Notes under the pieces: model-generated | What the model saw: only the letters and a program-made list of their open reading frames with translations | What the model was told of the DNA's origin: nothing | The model's database searches: none | Shown: positions 39,571 to 48,518 of the stretch, piece after piece | Position numbering within the stretch: the stretch's first letter is position 1 | Layout: the number at the start of each line of letters is the position of its first letter | From: Tenericutes bacterium ADurb.BinA124 | Lineage (GTDB): Bacteria; Bacillota_I; Bacilli_A; ML615J-28; CAG-698 | Length of the DNA stretch: 64,000 nucleotides | Direction of reading: 5' to 3' | Assembly: GCA_002068415.1 (NCBI GenBank) | Contig: MVZM01000009.1 | Span: 3,088-67,087, forward strand | Translations under genes and position numbers: made by a program

Positions 39571-40365
39571 ATGTTCGGCTTATCTTTTGAATTGACGGCA
39601 GTAATTGGGATTGCGTTTATCTTCATTATGACCACTTTAGGATCGGGATTAGTTTTTTTTGTCAATAAACCTTTATCTAAGTCCTTTAACCAAATCTTTT
39701 TGGGGTTTGCCGCCGGGGTAATGGTGGCAGCGGCGGTGTGGTCGCTTTTAATTCCGGCTATGGAGAATAATGCTAACGAAAACCTGGCGAATTGGGTTCC
39801 GCCCACCGTCGGCTTTTTAGCGGGAGCAGCTTTTTTATTGTTAGTTGATCATTTATTGCCACATTTACATTTACATGAAGATAAACCGGAAGGTTTAAAA
39901 TCTAAATTTAAGCGTACAACGATGTTGATTTTAGCAGTTGCTTTGCACAATGCTCCGGAAGGTTTAGCAGTTGGTTTAGCATTCGGCTATGCTTTGAAGT
40001 TGAATGATCCGGTTTTGTTAGCCTCCGCCATGGGCATTGCGATTGGTATCGGCATTCAAAATTTTCCTGAAGGGGCGGCCATTTCTCTTCCCTTACGAGA
40101 TTATCAAGTCTCCAAAAAGAAAGCTTTCTTTTTGGGTTCACTAAGTGGTTTAGTTGAACCGGTGTTTGCGGCTTTGGGCCTCTTTATGGCCAGCCAAATG
40201 GTTTCCATCATGCCGTGGTTTTTAGGATTTGCGGCGGGAGCGATGATTTATGTGGTTGTGGAAGAACTGATTCCAGAAGCTCAGCTGGATACTCATTCCC
40301 ATTTGGGAACTTTGTCGTTTATTGCGGGTTTTCTATTAATGATGGTTATTGATGGTGCATTATAA
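39571..40365 (+). CDS. ZIP-family divalent metal transporter (ZupT-like)
   Basis: His-rich loop LPHLHLHED; HNAPEGLAVG and QNFPEGAA motifs of ZIP transporters; coupled to ppa. Confidence 0.8.
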   Translation: MFGLSFELTAVIGIAFIFIMTTLGSGLVFFVNKPLSKSFNQIFLGFAAGVMVAAAVWSLLIPAMENNANENLANWVPPTVGFLAGAAFLLLVDHLLPHLHLHEDKPEGLKSKFKRTTMLILAVALHNAPEGLAVGLAFGYALKLNDPVLLASAMGIAIGIGIQNFPEGAAISLPLRDYQVSKKKAFFLGSLSGLVEPVFAALGLFMASQMVSIMPWFLGFAAGAMIYVVVEELIPEAQLDTHSHLGTLSFIAGFLLMMVIDGAL

Positions 40366-40367
40366 AA

Positions 40368-40420
40368 GTATCACATAGTGATTTCATCACATAGTGATTT
40401 CATCACATGGTGATACTTCA
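40368..40420. repeat. tandem 16-bp repeats containing TCAC-N3-GTGA dyads
   Basis: ATCACATAGTGATTTC x2 then ATCACATGGTGATAC, immediately upstream of tRNA-Ser. Confidence 0.6.
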
Positions 40421-40423
40421 TAC

Positions 40424-40514
40424 GGAGGAGTACCCAAGAGGCTGAAGGGGCTGGCTTGGAAAGCTAGTAGGCCATTAACCTGGCGCAGGGGTTCAAATCC
40501 CCTTTCCTCCGCCA
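40424..40514 (+). tRNA. tRNA-Ser (GGA)
   Basis: Class II tRNA; anticodon loop TTGGAAA; T-arm GGGGTTCAAATCCCC; discriminator G; CCA; terminator 40529-40568 downstream. Confidence 0.85.
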
Positions 40515-40642
40515 TTTTTAGAAGTATAGGTCTAAGCATAGATGATAAAATGGATTAGACCTTTTTTATGTAGAAAGGAAGTTTTCGCCCTGTTTGCCAT
40601 ATTGTTTGATAATTATGTATGAAGCAACGATAAGTTGCTAAA

Positions 40643-40961
40643 TTGCAAAAAATATATGATACTTATTTTTCATATCTTTTGATATACTTAAGAAAAGGAG
40701 TTGAAAGTATGGAATATACAGCTAAAAAAATACAGGAGTTAAGATTAAAGCACAATTTTGACTGTACTTTTGGTTGTTCTTTCTTCCGCAAAGAAATTAT
40801 TTTACGAACAAGCGTAATAGAATAATTAGGGTGTATACCTCTCCGTTATTGATGCACTTGAAAACGAAGATTACAAGAACATTCTTATAATGTGTTATTT
40901 AGATCCACTTACACGGGAAGAGATAGTTAACAAGATATACTACCCGGTTGCAACGATATAA
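40643..40961 (+). pseudogene. frameshifted small regulator gene (sigma-70 region-4/ArpU-like phage regulator C-terminus)
   Basis: ORF 40643-40825 continues in another frame 40830-40961 (…DALENEDYKNILIMCYLDPLTREEIVNKIYYPVATI*), an HTH-like segment resembling ArpU/RinA-type C-termini. Confidence 0.3.
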
Positions 40962-41096
40962 AGGTGGCGTAAGAATGCCTTAAGGTCAACATAACAACGC
41001 ATTATGACCTTTTTAATGTTTACAAATAAGTTGTATATTCGCTTTTCTTACCTATCAATCCGTACTTTTAGCACGTCTTATACATATTGAAAGCAT

Positions 41097-41128
41097 AGGT
41101 TTGATACAATAGTTTCAAACCTTTTTTC
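41097..41128 (+). terminator. rho-independent terminator
   Basis: AGGTTTGA-loop-TTCAAACCT followed by TTTTTT. Confidence 0.55.
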
Positions 41129-41232
41129 TTTGCAGAAAGGGAGATTTTACCTATCTGCCAAAACACTATTGCTCTATAGAGGTTCAATTTAAAACTTCTG
41201 TAGAGCTTTTTTATTTTCTACTTACAACTTTT

Positions 41233-41303
41233 TAACGATTACCTAACGATTTACACGATTGCTTGATGAAATACACGATTCGATAACAATTTATCGATTA
41301 CCG
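41233..41303. repeat. array of five ACGATT-containing units plus CGATAAcaatTTATCG palindrome
   Basis: AACGATTACC, TAACGATTT, ACACGATTG, ACACGATTCG, TATCGATTACC within 70 bp. Confidence 0.5.
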
Positions 41304-41521
41304 TAAAACAAACTAATGTAAAAGAATATAATAGAATGTCTCAGTTGGTGTATGTTGTAGATTTGTAATTTTTTTGTATTTATTTATACAATTAGTTGTT
41401 GTATAATGAGATATGCAAAGAACTGACGATTTAATCATTTTACAGGTATGTGAATCTAATATATTTGAATATCACAAGAAATCCGTCAAAGCAAGATGGA
41501 CTTAGATATAGGAGGTTCATA

Positions 41522-41725
41522 ATGATAAAGAAATTATTAGTATTTGAGGTAGCATAGATTATGTGTTTAGGTCTATTTGTAGGATGCGGCGTAAATAAAA
41601 ACTTTGATATTGGCTACGATAAAATTGGTAGCTTTGAGAGTAAAGAAACTATTGATGGCGAAGTAACATTTACACTTGAAGTGGTGGGTTCTTTAGAGGC
41701 TTTAAAAGACTTGTGCGACGAGTGA
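41522..41725 (+). pseudogene. small lipoprotein gene interrupted by an in-frame TAG inside the signal peptide
   Basis: MIKKLLVFEVA-TAG(41555)-IMCLGLFVGCGVNKNF... ; lipobox LFVGC only makes sense if read through; RBS GGAGGT. Confidence 0.45.
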
Positions 41726-41879
41726 GGGAATCCTACATTTGGAAATTAGTTGTAGTACAATGATATATGTAAAGAAGTAAAGATTTACTCTTTTACAGGC
41801 GCATGAATATAATATACTGGAATGTTTTGGGCTTGCTACTAATAATTAGGTAGCAAGTCAATCGAAAAGGAGGTTTCTC

Positions 41880-42539
41880 ATGAGTAAAAAGTTAATAGGG
41901 ATAGCAGCCGCGGTGTTAATGCTATTCGGAATTATTGGGCTTGTAGGATGTGACAATACAAACCTTACAGATTACAAAACCGTAGGAAAGGCAGCCATTG
42001 AAACCTATGCACAAGAGCGCAAAGACAACTATTGTGAGGATAACTGGACGATGGTTTGTGGCATTGTTGATGCAGGCAAACAAGCTGTCGACGACGCAAC
42101 AAGCAAGGCAGGTATAGACACTGCAGTCACAACAGCTAAAACTGCGATTAACGCAGTAGAGGAGGGAAAAGTGATTTCTTTTACAATTAGTGACAAAACT
42201 ACAGACTACTATGCAAATGGGGAAAGGCAACAATTATTTAAGTTGATAAAGTCATTTGATGAATTAGCACAGCTTTTAAGAGATGAGAATTTTACGATTT
42301 CACCGCCGTACGATATACAGTTTTTTGAGGACAAAGTTTTGCTCATTTACTTCTTTACATCAAATATATACAACGATTTAGAAGTGATCATGAAAACAAA
42401 CGGTGAATCGTTGGATTTGTATAAATTATATGATTTACCAAATGGTCTTGTAATGGATGCTGAAAGAAATTGGGTATTTTTAATCGAAATTGAAAAAATA
42501 AATACTCTTGATACCAAAACAGTTCAAATAAAACAATAA
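41880..42539 (+). CDS. lipoprotein, function unknown
   Basis: Signal peptide with lipobox LVGC; RBS AAGGAGG; 5' leader homologous to that of the upstream pseudo-lipoprotein gene. Confidence 0.6.
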   Translation: MSKKLIGIAAAVLMLFGIIGLVGCDNTNLTDYKTVGKAAIETYAQERKDNYCEDNWTMVCGIVDAGKQAVDDATSKAGIDTAVTTAKTAINAVEEGKVISFTISDKTTDYYANGERQQLFKLIKSFDELAQLLRDENFTISPPYDIQFFEDKVLLIYFFTSNIYNDLEVIMKTNGESLDLYKLYDLPNGLVMDAERNWVFLIEIEKINTLDTKTVQIKQ

Positions 42540-42560
42540 CAAAATTAGAGGAAAAATAGA

Positions 42561-43007
42561 ATGAACGCAACAATAATTAGGAAACGCTTTAAATTTATTG
42601 CAATTTTTGCAATGTTAATTGTCGTAGTTCTTTTTTACAACTGCATAGCATTAAATCCAGTTGCACGGGTATTTGCCAGTGAGAGTAATTTGAGCAACGC
42701 TGTTGTAATGAAATACATTCCAACGATAGATGACGATTTTAGTGGAAATCGGATAATAGTTACTTTACAGCAACAATATAGCGATATAAATCGTTATATT
42801 GAACTTGAGGATTTGGGAGTTGACATAGAAAAAGCCGGACTTTCAATTTCGACAGAGAGGCAATCTCAAATTAACAGTTTAAATCAAAACGAGATGATTA
42901 ATGAGAATATTAAAGATGGTCGGGCGATAATAACAAATTTATTTAATACAGAAAATAAAAAAAAGTATAAGCCGAACAGAAAATTTATTTCAAATTTTAT
43001 CAATTGA
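42561..43007 (+). CDS. hypothetical protein with N-terminal TM/signal segment
   Basis: 148 aa; hydrophobic N-terminus; RBS GGAAAAATAGAATG. Confidence 0.45.
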   Translation: MNATIIRKRFKFIAIFAMLIVVVLFYNCIALNPVARVFASESNLSNAVVMKYIPTIDDDFSGNRIIVTLQQQYSDINRYIELEDLGVDIEKAGLSISTERQSQINSLNQNEMINENIKDGRAIITNLFNTENKKKYKPNRKFISNFIN

Positions 43008-43008
43008 G

Positions 43009-43530
43009 CTACCTATCGACAGCAAACATGGCGTATCAAATCATGAGGATTTGAATTTGTTGCGTTTAGATGGAAGTTTTAATCCGGCAGCTTCCAAGTC
43101 TAAATACGACGAATAAGTAGTTAAAAATGTTCATAAACACATTCAAATAATAATTTCCAAAGATGAAATCAAAAAAAAATTAGCGATAATAAAAAACGCA
43201 TTAACAAATCCATTTTCAACAGATGAAGAACTATTGGATACTGCAAGAAAAATTAATGGATTAGGGTTTGCAGGAGCAACCGCTTTATTTTCAACGCTTT
43301 ATCCTAATAGATTTGGCATTGTAGATCAATTTGTGATTAAAAATCTACAAGCAGCAAAGAGTTTATCTAATGATGCTTTAATTAAAGCAATTAAACCTAG
43401 TAGTATCAATAAAAAAAGGTTTTGTATATTTTAAAACTAATTAAAGCTAAGGCTGATGAACTAAATAAAAAGTTTAAAAAGAAAAGTTGGTCACCAAGAA
43501 CGGTGGATAAAGCTGTTTGGGCTGATCGAT
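43009..43530 (+). pseudogene. decayed gene: three consecutive ORF pieces separated by in-frame stops and a frameshift
   Basis: Frame-1 pieces end at the TAA at 43114 and the TAA at 43432; continuation in another frame to 43530; no proper start codon. Confidence 0.3.
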
Positions 43531-43594
43531 AAAATTTTGATGTGAGAAATGCTTTCTCTATGGTGAAAAATCCAGTGTAAAAATAACGAAGTAA

Positions 43595-43622
43595 GTTTGA
43601 TACAATATCAAACTCTTTTTTT
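43595..43622 (+). terminator. rho-independent terminator
   Basis: GTTTGATA-caa-TATCAAAC followed by TCTTTTTTT. Confidence 0.5.
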
Positions 43623-43975
43623 ATGAAAAAGGGCTATTATACCTTATTCCTAGACATATCAAACTACCATAAGACCTTGCCCATTATTTAAGCCAAATGG
43701 CCTAAATCACTAAAAATCTAGGTATATAAAATTGTGGTAATTACCAATAATCATATAAAACTTGGCTGGATAAAACAAAAACTCGCTCTAAATTTTGTCA
43801 TTATGTATAAAAACTCGCTCATTTTTTTGTATTGTGTTGGAAAAGTTTCAGTTTTGATGTTAATACTATGATAGATTGATTAAAGGAATGTAAACAATAA
43901 ATTATCTTTAACGAAAATTAATGAATGTTTAATTTGTTAAAGATGTCTTTTTTCTAACTATAGAGGATGTATCGA

Positions 43976-44483
43976 GTGGCTAAAAGATTCCGGCACCCTT
44001 AACATATGTTATGGGATGAATTTCCCGGAACTTCCGCTTAAGGGTAATTATGATGAAAGTAAATACAAATTATATTTCTTTGATACCGGTTTGCTTGTTG
44101 CTCAATTAGATGAAGAATCCCATCTTGATTTGCGAGCAAATAAAAATCTTGGCGTTTATAAGGGAGCCTTATATGAGAACATTGCTGCCGAAGCATTTGT
44201 AAAGCAAGGGTATCCTCTTTATTACTATAAACGTGAAGACTCTACTTTAGAACAGGACTTTTTTGTTAGAGATATCGAAAGCCTTATACCGATAGAAGTA
44301 AAGGCCACCAGTGGTTCGTCAAAGTCGCTTCATACTTTGATAACAAGCGACAAATATTCGGATATAAAATATGGTATTAAATTTACAAAAGGGAATGTCG
44401 GTTATAACGACATATTTTATACATTCCCATATTTTTGTCTTTTTCTACTGAAAAGGTATCTTAATATAAAAATGAAGTTTTAA
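43976..44483 (+). pseudogene. COG1373 AAA+ ATPase, C-terminal (DUF4143) fragment only
   Basis: YFFDTGL and IPIEVK motifs of DUF4143; N-terminal ATPase domain absent (stop upstream at about 43970). Confidence 0.55.
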
Positions 44484-44677
44484 TAATAAACAAATTCCTA
44501 CAATACTGATCTAAACCCGATTGGAATTTTGTGGGAATGTATGAAAATAAAGGGATAATAAGTACATCTTGACCCTAATTTATTTAACGGGATCTAAGAC
44601 TATTTAAAGTACTCCCCCTTTTTTATAAATTTGTGTTATAATTTGGATATAGAAATGAAAAAAACAGGTATAAAATT

Positions 44678-47212
44678 ATGGGAAGAAAAACAATCGTCTT
44701 AATCCTGGTTTGTTTATCTTTATTCTTGTTTTCATGTAAGAGCAATAGCGCTGATGATGAAGGTAATCAACCAGACAATCCAATCATTGATAATCCTCCA
44801 ATTGATCATTATTATGAGGTCATCTTTGCTTCCGATGATGGAACGATTATTGGTAAGCAAATGGTTAAAGAAGGAGAAGATGTTATTTTTCCTTCTAATC
44901 CTTCCAAGGATTATTATCAGTTTGTGGCTTGGAATCATGATGGTAAAAATATCCATGAGGATCTTATTATTAAGGCCATCTTTGAGCCGGTTAGCGATAA
45001 TTTTTCTATTACTTTTGTAATCGAAGATCAATATTGGTATTATCAAAGCAAAGAAGAAATGACGCTGGCTTTTTTAAACGATTTTTATGATTTTGTGAGC
45101 CCTAATTATAATAAAGAATATTTTATCTATGGGGGAACGGAGAGCTTCACCAACGGTTCTTGGAAAACATTCCTTGGTGGGTCAATGGGAAATAATAATA
45201 AACTGCTTTTCCATAATGATATCGATGAAATTAATGAAGCTTATTTTGCCAATAGCGAAAGATACAAAACTAAATGGTATCCGCTTTTTAATTATGTTAG
45301 CAACCAAATATGTAAGCTTAATCAGCGTTTTGGGAATCCGGCAATTGCTTACACCCATGGAGCTTTAGATTTTTATCGTTACTTAGTTGATGATCCGGCC
45401 ACATATATCGCTACATATGGCGGCGCCGATGTATTCTATGGTTTACCAAGTTTTGATGCTCCTATACTACTTTCTACTTATAATTATTATAGTGAGACGA
45501 TTACTTTACCGATACCCGCTTCTTGTTTATTTGCTGGCTGGTATAAGGATGAAGATTTTATGGATGGTCCTTATGATGCTATTGCTTTTGGTAGTTTGGG
45601 AAACCTTACTTTTTATGCGAAAATTTTAACCGAACCCCTTTATACTCTTTCGTTTGTTAGTCAATTTGGAGAAGAATACGCCGATGTGCAATTTAAAAAG
45701 GGAATGACGCTTGAACTTCCCGTTTTGTATAAAGAAGGTTTTGAATTTAAAGGTTGGTATTATGATAATGTTTTATTAAATGGTGAGGTTCATTTAGATT
45801 ATCCCTGTGATGTTTATTTAGAGGCGTACTGGAAAGATTTAAATAATATTAATTTGGAAAAACTGGTGTACGATGGTAATGTCGTTGTTTATCGAAATAC
45901 CAATATAGCCGTTGTGATTCCCGATACTTATGTGGAAAAAGAAGAGGAATTTAGAGCGGCTTGGGTATCGTCATTTACCAGTTGTTTTGTTCCGTCTACC
46001 GATGTTGAAACCATGAAAGCCAATTTAACGGAAGTATTAGATATTTTGGAATATTATAACTTTAATGCGATTATTTTTCATTTAAGAACCCATAATAATG
46101 CTTTCTACAAAACAAAACTTGCCCCCATTGACCCTAAATACGGAACTTATGAATCTTTTGAACAGTGGGATTATTTAGAATGGTTTATTGGGGAATGCCA
46201 ACAACGCCATATTGCCTTTCATGCTTGGCTTAATCCTTATCGGATTCAATTAAGCGGTTATTCAATGGATTTCACAACCACCGATGTCGCTAAACTGTAT
46301 CTCGATACCCCCCTTAATCCCGCCAGTAAGCCGGACAATATTTTAATGACCTATCCCAATTCTTCCACAAGCGTTAAACTCAGCCAAGGAGCTATTTTAA
46401 ATCCTTGTAAAAAGGAAGTTCAAGATTACTTAATTGCCGTTATTGAAGAAATCATTAATCATTACGATGTTGATGGCATTCATTTTGATGATTATTTCTA
46501 TACCCGTCTTTCCAGTAATCCCAATATTTGTTATGATGCTGACCAAGGGGATTATTTACAGTATTTAAGTGATAATGAGATCAGTAATGCGGAAGACGAT
46601 GAAGAAATTAAGGGCGAGTGGCGCAGAAACAACATTAATCAATTGATTTATCGTGTTCATCATCTCTTGCAGACATATAATCAACAAAAAAAGACGCATA
46701 TTCAATTCGGGATTGCGCCATCGAGTATTTATAAAACGGGTGATGGAACGGTGGAAGGCGGACTGAATGTGAAAAGCGGGCAAACTTATGGTAAATATTT
46801 GTACTGCGATTCCTTAAAATGGGTTAAAGAGGAATGGATTGATTATATTATTCCGGAAGATTATCAATCCTTTACCAATCCTAATAGTCCTTTTGCAGAT
46901 ATCATCAGTTGGTGGGATCAAGCTGTTGCCGGCACGAGGGTCAATTTATATTGTGGGCTGGGGATTTCCCATGCCATCAGCAGTACGGAAATTTATTCTT
47001 GGAAAACACAAAGTTATGAACTCAATAATCAACTTCTATATTTAAATACTTTGGAGAATGTCAAGGGAGTAAGCATCTTTAGTTTTTATTGTCTTAAACA
47101 AATTCATAACAATAGCAATATCATTGCCCATGCCGGGCTGCTTAGACTTAAAGATTCCTTTTGGTTGCATCAAGCGCTTCAGCCACTGACCATGGCTGAT
47201 AAGGGACAATAA
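44678..47212 (+). CDS. large lipoprotein with Listeria-Bacteroides-type repeats and a GHL10 (DUF187, YngK-like glycoside-hydrolase-like) domain
   Basis: Lipobox LFSCK; GWY-containing repeats; RAAWVSS...NAIIFHLR...HAWLNPYR core typical of DUF187. Confidence 0.7.
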   Translation: MGRKTIVLILVCLSLFLFSCKSNSADDEGNQPDNPIIDNPPIDHYYEVIFASDDGTIIGKQMVKEGEDVIFPSNPSKDYYQFVAWNHDGKNIHEDLIIKAIFEPVSDNFSITFVIEDQYWYYQSKEEMTLAFLNDFYDFVSPNYNKEYFIYGGTESFTNGSWKTFLGGSMGNNNKLLFHNDIDEINEAYFANSERYKTKWYPLFNYVSNQICKLNQRFGNPAIAYTHGALDFYRYLVDDPATYIATYGGADVFYGLPSFDAPILLSTYNYYSETITLPIPASCLFAGWYKDEDFMDGPYDAIAFGSLGNLTFYAKILTEPLYTLSFVSQFGEEYADVQFKKGMTLELPVLYKEGFEFKGWYYDNVLLNGEVHLDYPCDVYLEAYWKDLNNINLEKLVYDGNVVVYRNTNIAVVIPDTYVEKEEEFRAAWVSSFTSCFVPSTDVETMKANLTEVLDILEYYNFNAIIFHLRTHNNAFYKTKLAPIDPKYGTYESFEQWDYLEWFIGECQQRHIAFHAWLNPYRIQLSGYSMDFTTTDVAKLYLDTPLNPASKPDNILMTYPNSSTSVKLSQGAILNPCKKEVQDYLIAVIEEIINHYDVDGIHFDDYFYTRLSSNPNICYDADQGDYLQYLSDNEISNAEDDEEIKGEWRRNNINQLIYRVHHLLQTYNQQKKTHIQFGIAPSSIYKTGDGTVEGGLNVKSGQTYGKYLYCDSLKWVKEEWIDYIIPEDYQSFTNPNSPFADIISWWDQAVAGTRVNLYCGLGISHAISSTEIYSWKTQSYELNNQLLYLNTLENVKGVSIFSFYCLKQIHNNSNIIAHAGLLRLKDSFWLHQALQPLTMADKGQ

Positions 47213-47255
47213 TTATTTAATTTAGATAATTTTTAAGAGTAAAGGAGAAGCTAGG

Positions 47256-48518
47256 ATGTGTGATACTTTATTTAAAAAAACGAAAAATACTGTTTTCTTT
47301 GGAAAAAACAGTGACCGCAGTGCCAATGAACCGAATCTAGTTATGTATTACCCGGCGAAAGCCCGCAAAGAAAATCAGCAATGCACTTATCTTTCCATCG
47401 GCACAACGGAAAAAACCCACGCTTTACTTTTAGTTCAGCCCAGTTGGATGTGGGGAGGCGAAATGGGGATTAATGACTGTGGGGTTGCCATCGGTAATGA
47501 GGCCGTTTTTACCAAATCAAGCAAGAAAAAACAAGAACGATTGTTGGGGATGGATTTATTACGCTTGGGCTTGGAACATGGCAGCAACGCCAAACAAGCC
47601 GCCGAAATTATCATTCATTATTTGGAAACATTCGGTCAAGGAGGAAACTGCGGTTTCGATAAACCTTTTTATTATGATAATTCCTTTTTGATTACGGATG
47701 GAAAGCAGGCATTGATTTTGGAAACAGCCAAAACCGATTGGGTGTTAAAAGAAGTAGCTGATTTTGGAAATATCAGTAATCGCCTCAGTATCAAGCAAGA
47801 CTATCAACTTAGTTCCAAGCCCTTTACAAATTTTCAAAAAACGAATACGGAAGCGATTTTTACTTTCTTTTCGCAAGCCAAAGCTAGGCAAGATTGTATT
47901 AGCGATGCCCTTTTGTCCGCGGTTCAGCTAAATGATATCATGAATATTTTACGCTCCCACCATCCGCGTGATGAAGCAAAACTCTACCGAAAGGGTAGTG
48001 TTCGTAGCGTGTGCATGCATCAAAGCTTGTTGGGTGATCATACCACTTCCAGTATGATTGTTGATTATCATCATCCCACTCCGACGATTTGGTTAACAGG
48101 AGCGAGTTCACCCTGCTTATCAATTTATAAACCCTGCTTTTTGGGCATCAATATTGCCCCGATATTTACTGATAAAAGTGCCAGCCTTAATTATTGGTTG
48201 GAAAGAGAATATTTAACTCGTGCCGTTTTTGCTGGTTTAATTCCTAAGGAAAGCTACCAAAGCGAAATGAAGCAACTTCAGGACCGGTTTATTAAAGAAG
48301 AAGCGGCGTTATGGACGAAGAACCCAAGCCCAGTTGAATTAGAAACTTTTGCAAAGAAATGTGCGGATGCGGAAGAAGCCTTTGTTAAGTCTTATCAAAA
48401 GCAGATTGATGAAATTAGGAATAATTTTCATGGTTTATCGGCAATCTGGAAAAAGAAGATGCGGCGTTTAGGGAAAAATGTCTTTGCGACGGCCTATCGG
48501 GAACGAAATTATGGCTAA
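47256..48518 (+). CDS. Ntn-hydrolase-family protein, peptidase C69 (dipeptidase)-like
   Basis: MCDT N-terminus (Cys2 nucleophile after Met removal); WMWGGEMGINDCGVAIGNE resembles the C69 core. Confidence 0.55.
   Translation: MCDTLFKKTKNTVFFGKNSDRSANEPNLVMYYPAKARKENQQCTYLSIGTTEKTHALLLVQPSWMWGGEMGINDCGVAIGNEAVFTKSSKKKQERLLGMDLLRLGLEHGSNAKQAAEIIIHYLETFGQGGNCGFDKPFYYDNSFLITDGKQALILETAKTDWVLKEVADFGNISNRLSIKQDYQLSSKPFTNFQKTNTEAIFTFFSQAKARQDCISDALLSAVQLNDIMNILRSHHPRDEAKLYRKGSVRSVCMHQSLLGDHTTSSMIVDYHHPTPTIWLTGASSPCLSIYKPCFLGINIAPIFTDKSASLNYWLEREYLTRAVFAGLIPKESYQSEMKQLQDRFIKEEAALWTKNPSPVELETFAKKCADAEEAFVKSYQKQIDEIRNNFHGLSAIWKKKMRRLGKNVFATAYRERNYG

Noticed and set aside
4522-40514. Idea that the 36-kb segment between the two tRNA-Ser genes with identical 3' ends is one tRNA-bounded island
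   Set aside because: The second site is a complete, different isoacceptor gene (GGA) rather than a partial att repeat. The interval contains core housekeeping genes (fba, pepT, ppa).
44732-45629. Several 80-100-aa ORFs on both strands inside the 44678-47212 region
   Set aside because: All are nested within the long lipoprotein/GHL10 gene in other frames and encode low-complexity Ile/Leu-rich sequences.
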